A DNA stretch of 64,000 nt from Planctomycetota bacterium. Lineage in GTDB: Bacteria > Planctomycetota > SZUA-567. The position numbers were made by a program, and so were the translations under genes. The stretch spans positions 1,632 to 65,631 of the forward strand of contig JAISYD010000211.1 in the NCBI GenBank assembly GCA_031270145.1, in the 5' to 3' direction. Of the stretch, positions 35,243-44,578 are shown piece by piece (positions within the stretch are counted from its first letter, which is position 1; each line of letters starts with the position of its first letter). The notes under the pieces were generated by a model, which worked only from the letters and a program-made list of their open reading frames with translations, was not told the origin of the DNA and did not search any database.

Positions 35243-36556
35243 ATGAGACAACCGACCGTTTATCTTCTCTCCTGCGGCGACGAGCTGCTTTTCGGCCATA
35301 CCGTGGACACCAACTCCGCCTGGCTGGCCGAGCAATGCACCCTCCAGGGTTGGCGCCTCGTCGGGCACCGCACCATCGGCGACATCACTCCCGATATCGT
35401 CTCCGCTCTTCTAGAGGCTTCCGCCCTGGCCGAGGCGGTTATTCTCACCGGCGGCCTGGGGCCCACCCGGGACGACCGGACCCGCCAGGCCCTGGCCCAT
35501 GCCCTCGGCGTTGAATTGCGCGAAGATCCGGAGGCGCTGGCCGAAATCCAGGCCATATTCAAGCGATACAATCGGCCCATGGCCGAGGCCAACCGGGTCC
35601 AAGCCCTGATTCCGGCCGGAGCCGGACGCATCGTCAATCCCAACGGCACCGCCCCGGGAATCCGAGCCGTCCTTCGGGACGCCAAGATTTTTTGCCTGCC
35701 CGGGGTTCCCCGGGAAATGCGGGAAATGTTCAAGCAGTCGATCCTCCCCGTTCTCAAGGGGGCGGAGGGGGCGGCCCAGGAAGTAATGCGCCGGCTGCAT
35801 CTGTGCGGCCGGGGAGAATCCGACATCGGGGCGGCCATCCGCCACCTGATGGGGGAACGCTCCAACCCCGAAGTTGGCACCGCCGTGGCCGAATCAATCG
35901 TGACGGTTCGCCTTTACGCCAAGGGCGATACCCGGACCGAAGCCGAAAGAACCGCCGCCGAGGCGGAGGCGGACATCCGCAAGGCCTTGGGACACGATGT
36001 TTACGGCGTGGACGACGAAACCTTGGCCGGTTGCGTGGTTAAACTTCTGGCGGAGCGGTCCGCCTCCCTGGTTGTCGGCGAATCCTGTACCGGAGGCCTG
36101 CTTTCCAGCCTTATTGTCGATGTTCCCGGCGCCTCCTCGGTATTTCGCCAGGGTATTGTCGCCTATGCCAACGCCGCCAAAACCGATCTGCTGGGAGTGC
36201 CGGCCGGGATAATCGGGAAGCACGGGGCCGTAAGCCGGGAAACCGTTTCCGCCATGGCGGAAAATCACCTTCGCCGGACTAATTTCCCCCTTCCCGCCTA
36301 TTCCATCGCCACCACCGGCATCGCCGGCCCCGACGGCGGCACCCCGGAAAAACCGGTTGGCACCGTTTGGATTGCCTGTTCCCGCCTTGATCCCGATGGG
36401 GGCGGGATTACCCGATCCTTTCGTCTGAACACGGTTACGGATCGCCGCGGCGTCCGCATGCGGGCCGCCAATGCCGCCCTGGATTTAGCCAGAAGAACCA
36501 TCCTGGGTTACCCCTCCAATTACCAAGTGGAGGAGAGCAATTGGAAAAAAGACTGA
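35243..36556 (+). CDS. cinA: CinA-family protein (MoCF-binding domain plus PncC-type NMN amidohydrolase)
   Basis: N-terminal SCGDELLFGHTVDTNSAWL...LTGGLGPTRDDRTRQAL. C-terminal ESCTGGLLSS...ATTGIAGPDGG. Confidence 0.9.
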   Translation: MRQPTVYLLSCGDELLFGHTVDTNSAWLAEQCTLQGWRLVGHRTIGDITPDIVSALLEASALAEAVILTGGLGPTRDDRTRQALAHALGVELREDPEALAEIQAIFKRYNRPMAEANRVQALIPAGAGRIVNPNGTAPGIRAVLRDAKIFCLPGVPREMREMFKQSILPVLKGAEGAAQEVMRRLHLCGRGESDIGAAIRHLMGERSNPEVGTAVAESIVTVRLYAKGDTRTEAERTAAEAEADIRKALGHDVYGVDDETLAGCVVKLLAERSASLVVGESCTGGLLSSLIVDVPGASSVFRQGIVAYANAAKTDLLGVPAGIIGKHGAVSRETVSAMAENHLRRTNFPLPAYSIATTGIAGPDGGTPEKPVGTVWIACSRLDPDGGGITRSFRLNTVTDRRGVRMRAANAALDLARRTILGYPSNYQVEESNWKKD

Positions 36557-38040
36557 ACCGTCTCCGCCATTTTGCCGATCCCGGAACGGTTGACGGCCGG
36601 GGCGGGGCGGGCAAAAGACCATGCGGCTGGTTTACGTTGGCTTCCATTCCGGCGCGTTTGCCTGTTTTGGCCGTGATCCTATGCCTGCCTCCCCTTCTTT
36701 CCGCCGCCGGGGAAGACGGAAGAGCTTTTCTCTGGCCAGAAGAGTCCCTTGGCGAATCGGGACAGCGCGGCCTGGATGAAATCGAAAGCGTTCCCACCCG
36801 GATTGCCGCCTGCCCGGTATGTTCCTTCCCAACCTTGATTCCGGAAGCGGATCGCCTGATGCTCCGGCCGTCCGCCACCGGCGAACCCGTTGAATGGCGG
36901 ATGGACGCCAGCGGACGGGATTCGGATTTCTGCCCCCATCCCGGACGGAACAAGCTGTCATTCCGGGCCGATTTGGCGGTTTGCCCCTCCTGCGGCTACG
37001 TCAGTCGATCCCAATGGTTCGATAGGCCGGTATCGTCCGCTCTGGCGGCTTGGGCGCTGTCGGTCCTCCGTCCTGAAATCCGGGCGTACCAGAAGGAATT
37101 TCTCGGGGCCGGGGCGGCGGGAATGGAAGATGCGGAAATCGCCGATTTTTTCAATCGGCAGGAGGAAATACCCGACCCCCTTCGCCTGGAACACGCCCGG
37201 GTAATAGCCGAAGCAAGGGGAGATCCCATCCGTACTCAAGCCGAAGCGACTTGGTCGGTCGCCTGGGCTCTTCGCCGGGAACTGGCATCCCCCCCCCGGG
37301 GCGCGGTTCTCCGCCGCTTGGCCGATCAGGTTCGCGAGGCGCTCCTCAAGTCGGAAAAATTTACCGCCGGAAAGGTGGAGGAAGAGGCGGCGGCTCTCCG
37401 CCGGCTGATTTCCCGTTCCCGCCGGACCGCGGGCAAAAACGCCCCGACCCGGCCGGAACGTTTGGCCGCTCCCCTGGCGTTGGCCGGATTGCTGGACCGT
37501 TTGGGTTTCGGGGTCGAGGCGGAAGAGGAGTTGGCGGCGGCCGCCGCCGCGTTCGGCGAGCGTTTTGCCCGGCCGGAACAGGATCCCCTGTGGGCCGCCG
37601 CCTCACCCCGCAACCGGCATTCCCGCCGGCTGGAGGAACTGGAAGATATTCGCCGGGAAGCGGAACGGGAAACCAGGAACCGGCTGGAATTGTTGCGGCG
37701 GGAAAGAGGCTACCTGGAGATGGCGGTCGATTTGATCCGTCAGGCCATCCTGGCCGGCGAGTACGATGGCGATCCCGAATACGCCTTTTTCCATGTCTAT
37801 CTGGCCGGCGATTTTCTTCGGCGCGTCGGCAATTTCCCCCTGGCCGCGGAATGGCTGAAAACCCTCGCGGCTTTGGTCCCCGGCGACTCGCCTTCCGGTC
37901 GGGCGGCGGAAAATCTGCTGGCCATCCTGCGCCACCAAGCTGGCGACCGGGTTAACCTTCTTTCCGCCCTGGGAGAGGACAGCGGGGTGTTCATGAAAAT
38001 CAGGGAAATAAACCGCGTCGGGATTGCGAAAAGACCATGA
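36541..38040 (+). CDS. DUF2225-like zinc-ribbon/helical-repeat protein, hypothetical
   Basis: CPVCSF...(about 60 aa)...CPSCGY pair followed by a long helical region. Hydrophobic N-terminal segment LPVLAVILCLPPLLSAAG. The start (TTG 36541) is uncertain and overlaps the cinA end. Confidence 0.6.
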   Translation: MEKRLNRLRHFADPGTVDGRGGAGKRPCGWFTLASIPARLPVLAVILCLPPLLSAAGEDGRAFLWPEESLGESGQRGLDEIESVPTRIAACPVCSFPTLIPEADRLMLRPSATGEPVEWRMDASGRDSDFCPHPGRNKLSFRADLAVCPSCGYVSRSQWFDRPVSSALAAWALSVLRPEIRAYQKEFLGAGAAGMEDAEIADFFNRQEEIPDPLRLEHARVIAEARGDPIRTQAEATWSVAWALRRELASPPRGAVLRRLADQVREALLKSEKFTAGKVEEEAAALRRLISRSRRTAGKNAPTRPERLAAPLALAGLLDRLGFGVEAEEELAAAAAAFGERFARPEQDPLWAAASPRNRHSRRLEELEDIRREAERETRNRLELLRRERGYLEMAVDLIRQAILAGEYDGDPEYAFFHVYLAGDFLRRVGNFPLAAEWLKTLAALVPGDSPSGRAAENLLAILRHQAGDRVNLLSALGEDSGVFMKIREINRVGIAKRP

Positions 38041-39218
38041 AGGACGCCCTCTCCTTTTTTTCGGCCCCGACGTTCCGGCTGCTTTGCGGACTGGCCGGAT
38101 TGATTGTCCCGCTGGCGGCGGCTGCGGAGCCGGCCGGGGAGGTGGCGCTTCGCTGTCGCTGGCCGGCTCCGGCCGGCGAGAGCCTGGAGTTGGTATTTTC
38201 CGCCAACCCGTTGATCCTCGTCCAGGCGGGCGCCGAGTTCGAGATTTCCGCCGTTTCCGCCGACTTCCCCGAAACCGATCTGATTGTCATGCGCGACGGT
38301 CTTCCCCTCCGCCGGGAAAGAACCCTTTTTTTCACGGCGCCGGAACAGCCGGGAGCCTATTACCTCGGCTTGGCGGCGGCGGCGCCCGGCGGCAACCGGG
38401 AAAAGACGCTTTGCGTCGTGATTGCCCACCGGGCGGAGGAAAAACGGACGGGGGAGGGGAGTGAACTTTTTGTGGACGGCGAGAGGATCGGCCGCTACCG
38501 CCATCCCTCCCGATCCGGCAACCTCAAGGTGAAAAAACATCCCGAAAGTTATCGGCCGCCGGTATGGTGGCTGAAACTCACTCCGGGCAACTCGACTTTT
38601 GAGGTGGTCCCCGGCCTCGCGGCGGGCGACTTGGTGTCCCCCCCCGAGGATGGCGGCCCCCGGCATACCGATTTGGCGCCTGTTTGCTATCCCATGTGGT
38701 TGGCAATCCGCAGCCTCCGGGAAGCGCTTCCCGCCCTGGGATTGCCGGCGGAATCGTTAAGGATTATCAGCATGTTCCGCTCCCCCGCCCACAATCGCGG
38801 CATCGGCTCCAATTCCTTCAGCCGGCATCTCTACGGCGACGCCTTCGATTTCTATATCGGGCTCGACGGCAGCGGCAAGGCGGCCGATCTCAATCATGAC
38901 GGCCGGTTGGACCACCGGGACGCTTATCCCCTAATCGGACTGATGGAAGATCTCCAGGCCGAAGGAAAAATACCACTGGGCGGCTTGGGAGTCTACAACA
39001 CCGTCGGAGGGGATCACGAGGTGACCCTGCATCTTGATTTGCGTGGCCATCGGGCTACCTGGGGCTATATTTACGGGGCTTCTGGAAAGCGAAGTGAATT
39101 CGCCTGGGCCAGTCGCCGTTTCGCCGATCTTGACCGCCGGGACGAACAGGAGGCGGCCGGACAGGCGGCCCGGGAAAACCGGAAATACCTTCCTCCCCGC
39201 CGGGAACCGTTGCCGTAG
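38037..39218 (+). CDS. Secreted peptidase M15 (LAS zinc-peptidase, YcbK/DUF882-like) domain protein
   Basis: ATGA coupling to the upstream gene. Signal peptide. The C-terminus FRSPAHNRGIGSNSFSRHLYGDAFDF...HLDLR fits the H-x6-D...H LAS metal-site pattern. Confidence 0.65.
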   Translation: MKDALSFFSAPTFRLLCGLAGLIVPLAAAAEPAGEVALRCRWPAPAGESLELVFSANPLILVQAGAEFEISAVSADFPETDLIVMRDGLPLRRERTLFFTAPEQPGAYYLGLAAAAPGGNREKTLCVVIAHRAEEKRTGEGSELFVDGERIGRYRHPSRSGNLKVKKHPESYRPPVWWLKLTPGNSTFEVVPGLAAGDLVSPPEDGGPRHTDLAPVCYPMWLAIRSLREALPALGLPAESLRIISMFRSPAHNRGIGSNSFSRHLYGDAFDFYIGLDGSGKAADLNHDGRLDHRDAYPLIGLMEDLQAEGKIPLGGLGVYNTVGGDHEVTLHLDLRGHRATWGYIYGASGKRSEFAWASRRFADLDRRDEQEAAGQAARENRKYLPPRREPLP

Positions 39219-39319
39219 GAATGGGAAAGTCCACTTTGAGTGAACCGAAGGGGAATTCGCTTCCTCGGAGGCGGAAGTTGGCTGAACCGGGGGCGGTAGG
39301 CCCGCCATAAGGTTTTCCC

Positions 39320-40495
39320 TTATACCGGTTCGGCGACCGGCGTCAAGGCCCCGTGCCGGGCATAAACCGCCGCCAGCCTTTGCGCCGATCCTTCCCAGGT
39401 GAAGGCGGTTTCCGCCGCCACCCGCCCGTTTCGTCCCATCCAGGCGGAGGTTTCCGGATCCGCGAAGGAGGAAAGCATGACCCGGGCCAGGGCGGCGGGT
39501 TCAGCTTCGGTCACCCAGCCGTTTTGGCCGGGGAGGACGAATTCGCCCGGAACCGTTCCCGCCAGGACGGCGGCCGGACGGGAAGCGGCCCAGGCCGGCA
39601 GTACCGCCCGACCGCTGAAATCGCGGCGGAAAGGGACCAAAACCAGGTTGGAGAAAGAGTAGAATTCGGGGGGAACGGCGCCTCCCTCGGGGGGAAAAAA
39701 CACCGCCGCGTCGCCGGCTTCCCTTCGCATTTCATTTTCAAGCGGGCCTTCCCCGATGAAAATGAACCTGGCTTCGGGAAAATGTTTTGCGGCCAGCCGG
39801 CAGGCCCGGGCGGCGAGATCGCCGCCTCCAGAGCGGGAAAACCGCCCGGCAAACAATACCGCCGGGGCATTCGGGGCCAAACCGGATATTTCCTGGATTC
39901 GGAATGTCCTTTCCGCCGTCCCCGGGTCCGGGAAGTCGGTCCCGTAGGAAACCACCTCGCATTTCCAATCGGGAGGATGGAATTGCTCCTGGATCTTTTG
40001 TTTTGTCCAGCGTGAAACCGCAACCACGGCGTCGGCCGCTTCAATTCCCCGGCGTTCCAGTTCGGCGATGCGGGCCGAATCGCCGGAATCCGGCCATATC
40101 CCGGTTCGTCCCCATTCGGTCGAGTGGAAGCTTGTCGCCAAGCGGGCGCCGCACAGTTCGGCCGCCCCGATTCCCGCTCCGATGGTCAGCCAATCATGGC
40201 AATGCACCACGTCATAACCGCCCCCGTCCCTCAGGGAATCGGCGAAATAATGAATGAAAGATCGGGAAAGGGCGGCGATCTCGTCGCAAAAAACCGGCTT
40301 GCGATCCCAGGAGCAACGGCGAATCATGACCCCGTTCACCGCCCCTTCCATGGCTTGGCCGTTTCCCCGGCGGGTGAACAGCCTAACCCGGTGCCCCGCC
40401 TTGGCCAGGGCGGCGGCCAGGCGGCTGGCATACAACGCCCCTCCGCCCACCGTTATTCCCTCCAGGGCTTCCCAGGCGAACATGGCTATGTTCAT
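39320..40495 (-). CDS. GT-B glycosyltransferase (GT4/GT5-like)
   Basis: N-terminus MNIAMFAWEALEGITVGGGALYASRLAAALAKAGHRV is typical of glycosyltransferases, with a C-terminal GT1-type domain. Its start faces the palindrome axis 64 nt away. Confidence 0.8.
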   Translation of the reverse strand: MNIAMFAWEALEGITVGGGALYASRLAAALAKAGHRVRLFTRRGNGQAMEGAVNGVMIRRCSWDRKPVFCDEIAALSRSFIHYFADSLRDGGGYDVVHCHDWLTIGAGIGAAELCGARLATSFHSTEWGRTGIWPDSGDSARIAELERRGIEAADAVVAVSRWTKQKIQEQFHPPDWKCEVVSYGTDFPDPGTAERTFRIQEISGLAPNAPAVLFAGRFSRSGGGDLAARACRLAAKHFPEARFIFIGEGPLENEMRREAGDAAVFFPPEGGAVPPEFYSFSNLVLVPFRRDFSGRAVLPAWAASRPAAVLAGTVPGEFVLPGQNGWVTEAEPAALARVMLSSFADPETSAWMGRNGRVAAETAFTWEGSAQRLAAVYARHGALTPVAEPV

Positions 40496-40533
40496 TCGCT
40501 TCCCATCCGCTTCGGGGTTGGGGAACTTCCGGC

Positions 40534-40585
40534 GGGCTTTTAAAGAAAATCAAGCCAAGCTTGGCTTGATTTTCTTTAAAAGCCC
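40534..40585. repeat. Axis hairpin: perfect 52-bp palindrome, member of the TTTAAAGGAAATC family
   Basis: gggcttttaaagaaaatcaagccaag|cttggcttgattttctttaaaagccc. Arm 40539..40551, 16-nt centre 40552..40567, arm 40568..40580. Confidence 0.85.
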
Positions 40586-40623
40586 GCCGGAAGTTCCCCA
40601 ACCCCGAAGCGGATGGGAAGCGA

Positions 40624-41799
40624 ATGAACATAGCCATGTTCGCCTGGGAAGCCCTGGAGGGAATAACGGTGGGCGGAGGGGCGTTGTATGCCAGCCGCCT
40701 GGCCGCCGCCCTGGCCAAGGCGGGGCACCGGGTTAGGCTGTTCACCCGCCGGGGAAACGGCCAAGCCATGGAAGGGGCGGTGAACGGGGTCATGATTCGC
40801 CGTTGCTCCTGGGATCGCAAGCCGGTTTTTTGCGACGAGATCGCCGCCCTTTCCCGATCTTTCATTCATTATTTCGCCGATTCCCTGAGGGACGGGGGCG
40901 GTTATGACGTGGTGCATTGCCATGATTGGCTGACCATCGGAGCGGGAATCGGGGCGGCCGAACTGTGCGGCGCCCGCTTGGCGACAAGCTTCCACTCGAC
41001 CGAATGGGGACGAACCGGGATATGGCCGGATTCCGGCGATTCGGCCCGCATCGCCGAACTGGAACGCCGGGGAATTGAAGCGGCCGACGCCGTGGTTGCG
41101 GTTTCACGCTGGACAAAACAAAAGATCCAGGAGCAATTCCATCCTCCCGATTGGAAATGCGAGGTGGTTTCCTACGGGACCGACTTCCCGGACCCGGGGA
41201 CGGCGGAAAGGACATTCCGAATCCAGGAAATATCCGGTTTGGCCCCGAATGCCCCGGCGGTATTGTTTGCCGGGCGGTTTTCCCGCTCTGGAGGCGGCGA
41301 TCTCGCCGCCCGGGCCTGCCGGCTGGCCGCAAAACATTTTCCCGAAGCCAGGTTCATTTTCATCGGGGAAGGCCCGCTTGAAAATGAAATGCGAAGGGAA
41401 GCCGGCGACGCGGCGGTGTTTTTTCCCCCCGAGGGAGGCGCCGTTCCCCCCGAATTCTACTCTTTCTCCAACCTGGTTTTGGTCCCTTTCCGCCGCGATT
41501 TCAGCGGTCGGGCGGTACTGCCGGCCTGGGCCGCTTCCCGTCCGGCCGCCGTCCTGGCGGGAACGGTTCCGGGCGAATTCGTCCTCCCCGGCCAAAACGG
41601 CTGGGTGACCGAAGCTGAACCCGCCGCCCTGGCCCGGGTCATGCTTTCCTCCTTCGCGGATCCGGAAACCTCCGCCTGGATGGGACGAAACGGGCGGGTG
41701 GCGGCGGAAACCGCCTTCACCTGGGAAGGATCGGCGCAAAGGCTGGCGGCGGTTTATGCCCGGCACGGGGCCTTGACGCCGGTCGCCGAACCGGTATAA
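40624..41799 (+). CDS. GT-B glycosyltransferase (mirror copy)
   Basis: Reverse-complement twin of 39320..40495 with identical 391-aa translation. Confidence 0.8.
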   Translation: MNIAMFAWEALEGITVGGGALYASRLAAALAKAGHRVRLFTRRGNGQAMEGAVNGVMIRRCSWDRKPVFCDEIAALSRSFIHYFADSLRDGGGYDVVHCHDWLTIGAGIGAAELCGARLATSFHSTEWGRTGIWPDSGDSARIAELERRGIEAADAVVAVSRWTKQKIQEQFHPPDWKCEVVSYGTDFPDPGTAERTFRIQEISGLAPNAPAVLFAGRFSRSGGGDLAARACRLAAKHFPEARFIFIGEGPLENEMRREAGDAAVFFPPEGGAVPPEFYSFSNLVLVPFRRDFSGRAVLPAWAASRPAAVLAGTVPGEFVLPGQNGWVTEAEPAALARVMLSSFADPETSAWMGRNGRVAAETAFTWEGSAQRLAAVYARHGALTPVAEPV

Positions 41800-41900
41800 G
41801 GGAAAACCTTATGGCGGGCCTACCGCCCCCGGTTCAGCCAACTTCCGCCTCCGAGGAAGCGAATTCCCCTTCGGTTCACTCAAAGTGGACTTTCCCATTC

Positions 41901-43082
41901 CTACGGCAACGGTTCCCGGCGGGGAGGAAGGTATTTCCGGTTTTCCCGGGCCGCCTGTCCGGCCGCCTCCTGTTCGTCCCGGCGGTCAAGATCGGCGAAA
42001 CGGCGACTGGCCCAGGCGAATTCACTTCGCTTTCCAGAAGCCCCGTAAATATAGCCCCAGGTAGCCCGATGGCCACGCAAATCAAGATGCAGGGTCACCT
42101 CGTGATCCCCTCCGACGGTGTTGTAGACTCCCAAGCCGCCCAGTGGTATTTTTCCTTCGGCCTGGAGATCTTCCATCAGTCCGATTAGGGGATAAGCGTC
42201 CCGGTGGTCCAACCGGCCGTCATGATTGAGATCGGCCGCCTTGCCGCTGCCGTCGAGCCCGATATAGAAATCGAAGGCGTCGCCGTAGAGATGCCGGCTG
42301 AAGGAATTGGAGCCGATGCCGCGATTGTGGGCGGGGGAGCGGAACATGCTGATAATCCTTAACGATTCCGCCGGCAATCCCAGGGCGGGAAGCGCTTCCC
42401 GGAGGCTGCGGATTGCCAACCACATGGGATAGCAAACAGGCGCCAAATCGGTATGCCGGGGGCCGCCATCCTCGGGGGGGGACACCAAGTCGCCCGCCGC
42501 GAGGCCGGGGACCACCTCAAAAGTCGAGTTGCCCGGAGTGAGTTTCAGCCACCATACCGGCGGCCGATAACTTTCGGGATGTTTTTTCACCTTGAGGTTG
42601 CCGGATCGGGAGGGATGGCGGTAGCGGCCGATCCTCTCGCCGTCCACAAAAAGTTCACTCCCCTCCCCCGTCCGTTTTTCCTCCGCCCGGTGGGCAATCA
42701 CGACGCAAAGCGTCTTTTCCCGGTTGCCGCCGGGCGCCGCCGCCGCCAAGCCGAGGTAATAGGCTCCCGGCTGTTCCGGCGCCGTGAAAAAAAGGGTTCT
42801 TTCCCGGCGGAGGGGAAGACCGTCGCGCATGACAATCAGATCGGTTTCGGGGAAGTCGGCGGAAACGGCGGAAATCTCGAACTCGGCGCCCGCCTGGACG
42901 AGGATCAACGGGTTGGCGGAAAATACCAACTCCAGGCTCTCGCCGGCCGGAGCCGGCCAGCGACAGCGAAGCGCCACCTCCCCGGCCGGCTCCGCAGCCG
43001 CCGCCAGCGGGACAATCAATCCGGCCAGTCCGCAAAGCAGCCGGAACGTCGGGGCCGAAAAAAAGGAGAGGGCGTCCTTCAT
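41901..43082 (-). CDS. Peptidase M15 domain protein (mirror copy)
   Basis: Twin of 38037..39218 with identical translation. Confidence 0.65.
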   Translation of the reverse strand: MKDALSFFSAPTFRLLCGLAGLIVPLAAAAEPAGEVALRCRWPAPAGESLELVFSANPLILVQAGAEFEISAVSADFPETDLIVMRDGLPLRRERTLFFTAPEQPGAYYLGLAAAAPGGNREKTLCVVIAHRAEEKRTGEGSELFVDGERIGRYRHPSRSGNLKVKKHPESYRPPVWWLKLTPGNSTFEVVPGLAAGDLVSPPEDGGPRHTDLAPVCYPMWLAIRSLREALPALGLPAESLRIISMFRSPAHNRGIGSNSFSRHLYGDAFDFYIGLDGSGKAADLNHDGRLDHRDAYPLIGLMEDLQAEGKIPLGGLGVYNTVGGDHEVTLHLDLRGHRATWGYIYGASGKRSEFAWASRRFADLDRRDEQEAAGQAARENRKYLPPRREPLP

Positions 43083-44578
43083 GGTCTTTTCGCAATCCCG
43101 ACGCGGTTTATTTCCCTGATTTTCATGAACACCCCGCTGTCCTCTCCCAGGGCGGAAAGAAGGTTAACCCGGTCGCCAGCTTGGTGGCGCAGGATGGCCA
43201 GCAGATTTTCCGCCGCCCGACCGGAAGGCGAGTCGCCGGGGACCAAAGCCGCGAGGGTTTTCAGCCATTCCGCGGCCAGGGGGAAATTGCCGACGCGCCG
43301 AAGAAAATCGCCGGCCAGATAGACATGGAAAAAGGCGTATTCGGGATCGCCATCGTACTCGCCGGCCAGGATGGCCTGACGGATCAAATCGACCGCCATC
43401 TCCAGGTAGCCTCTTTCCCGCCGCAACAATTCCAGCCGGTTCCTGGTTTCCCGTTCCGCTTCCCGGCGAATATCTTCCAGTTCCTCCAGCCGGCGGGAAT
43501 GCCGGTTGCGGGGTGAGGCGGCGGCCCACAGGGGATCCTGTTCCGGCCGGGCAAAACGCTCGCCGAACGCGGCGGCGGCCGCCGCCAACTCCTCTTCCGC
43601 CTCGACCCCGAAACCCAAACGGTCCAGCAATCCGGCCAACGCCAGGGGAGCGGCCAAACGTTCCGGCCGGGTCGGGGCGTTTTTGCCCGCGGTCCGGCGG
43701 GAACGGGAAATCAGCCGGCGGAGAGCCGCCGCCTCTTCCTCCACCTTTCCGGCGGTAAATTTTTCCGACTTGAGGAGCGCCTCGCGAACCTGATCGGCCA
43801 AGCGGCGGAGAACCGCGCCCCGGGGGGGGGATGCCAGTTCCCGGCGAAGAGCCCAGGCGACCGACCAAGTCGCTTCGGCTTGAGTACGGATGGGATCTCC
43901 CCTTGCTTCGGCTATTACCCGGGCGTGTTCCAGGCGAAGGGGGTCGGGTATTTCCTCCTGCCGATTGAAAAAATCGGCGATTTCCGCATCTTCCATTCCC
44001 GCCGCCCCGGCCCCGAGAAATTCCTTCTGGTACGCCCGGATTTCAGGACGGAGGACCGACAGCGCCCAAGCCGCCAGAGCGGACGATACCGGCCTATCGA
44101 ACCATTGGGATCGACTGACGTAGCCGCAGGAGGGGCAAACCGCCAAATCGGCCCGGAATGACAGCTTGTTCCGTCCGGGATGGGGGCAGAAATCCGAATC
44201 CCGTCCGCTGGCGTCCATCCGCCATTCAACGGGTTCGCCGGTGGCGGACGGCCGGAGCATCAGGCGATCCGCTTCCGGAATCAAGGTTGGGAAGGAACAT
44301 ACCGGGCAGGCGGCAATCCGGGTGGGAACGCTTTCGATTTCATCCAGGCCGCGCTGTCCCGATTCGCCAAGGGACTCTTCTGGCCAGAGAAAAGCTCTTC
44401 CGTCTTCCCCGGCGGCGGAAAGAAGGGGAGGCAGGCATAGGATCACGGCCAAAACAGGCAAACGCGCCGGAATGGAAGCCAACGTAAACCAGCCGCATGG
44501 TCTTTTGCCCGCCCCGCCCCGGCCGTCAACCGTTCCGGGATCGGCAAAATGGCGGAGACGGTTCAGTCTTTTTTCCAA
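43079..44578 (-). CDS. DUF2225-like zinc-ribbon protein (mirror copy)
   Basis: Twin of 36541..38040 with identical translation. Confidence 0.6.
   Translation of the reverse strand: MEKRLNRLRHFADPGTVDGRGGAGKRPCGWFTLASIPARLPVLAVILCLPPLLSAAGEDGRAFLWPEESLGESGQRGLDEIESVPTRIAACPVCSFPTLIPEADRLMLRPSATGEPVEWRMDASGRDSDFCPHPGRNKLSFRADLAVCPSCGYVSRSQWFDRPVSSALAAWALSVLRPEIRAYQKEFLGAGAAGMEDAEIADFFNRQEEIPDPLRLEHARVIAEARGDPIRTQAEATWSVAWALRRELASPPRGAVLRRLADQVREALLKSEKFTAGKVEEEAAALRRLISRSRRTAGKNAPTRPERLAAPLALAGLLDRLGFGVEAEEELAAAAAAFGERFARPEQDPLWAAASPRNRHSRRLEELEDIRREAERETRNRLELLRRERGYLEMAVDLIRQAILAGEYDGDPEYAFFHVYLAGDFLRRVGNFPLAAEWLKTLAALVPGDSPSGRAAENLLAILRHQAGDRVNLLSALGEDSGVFMKIREINRVGIAKRP

Larger units (their letters stand above)
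17119..40559. repeat. Left arm of a perfect zero-spacer palindrome (minimum visible extent)
   Basis: All ORFs here have reverse-complement twins at 81119-x with identical translations. 17119 is simply the mirror of window end 64000, so the arm may extend further left. Confidence 0.97.
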
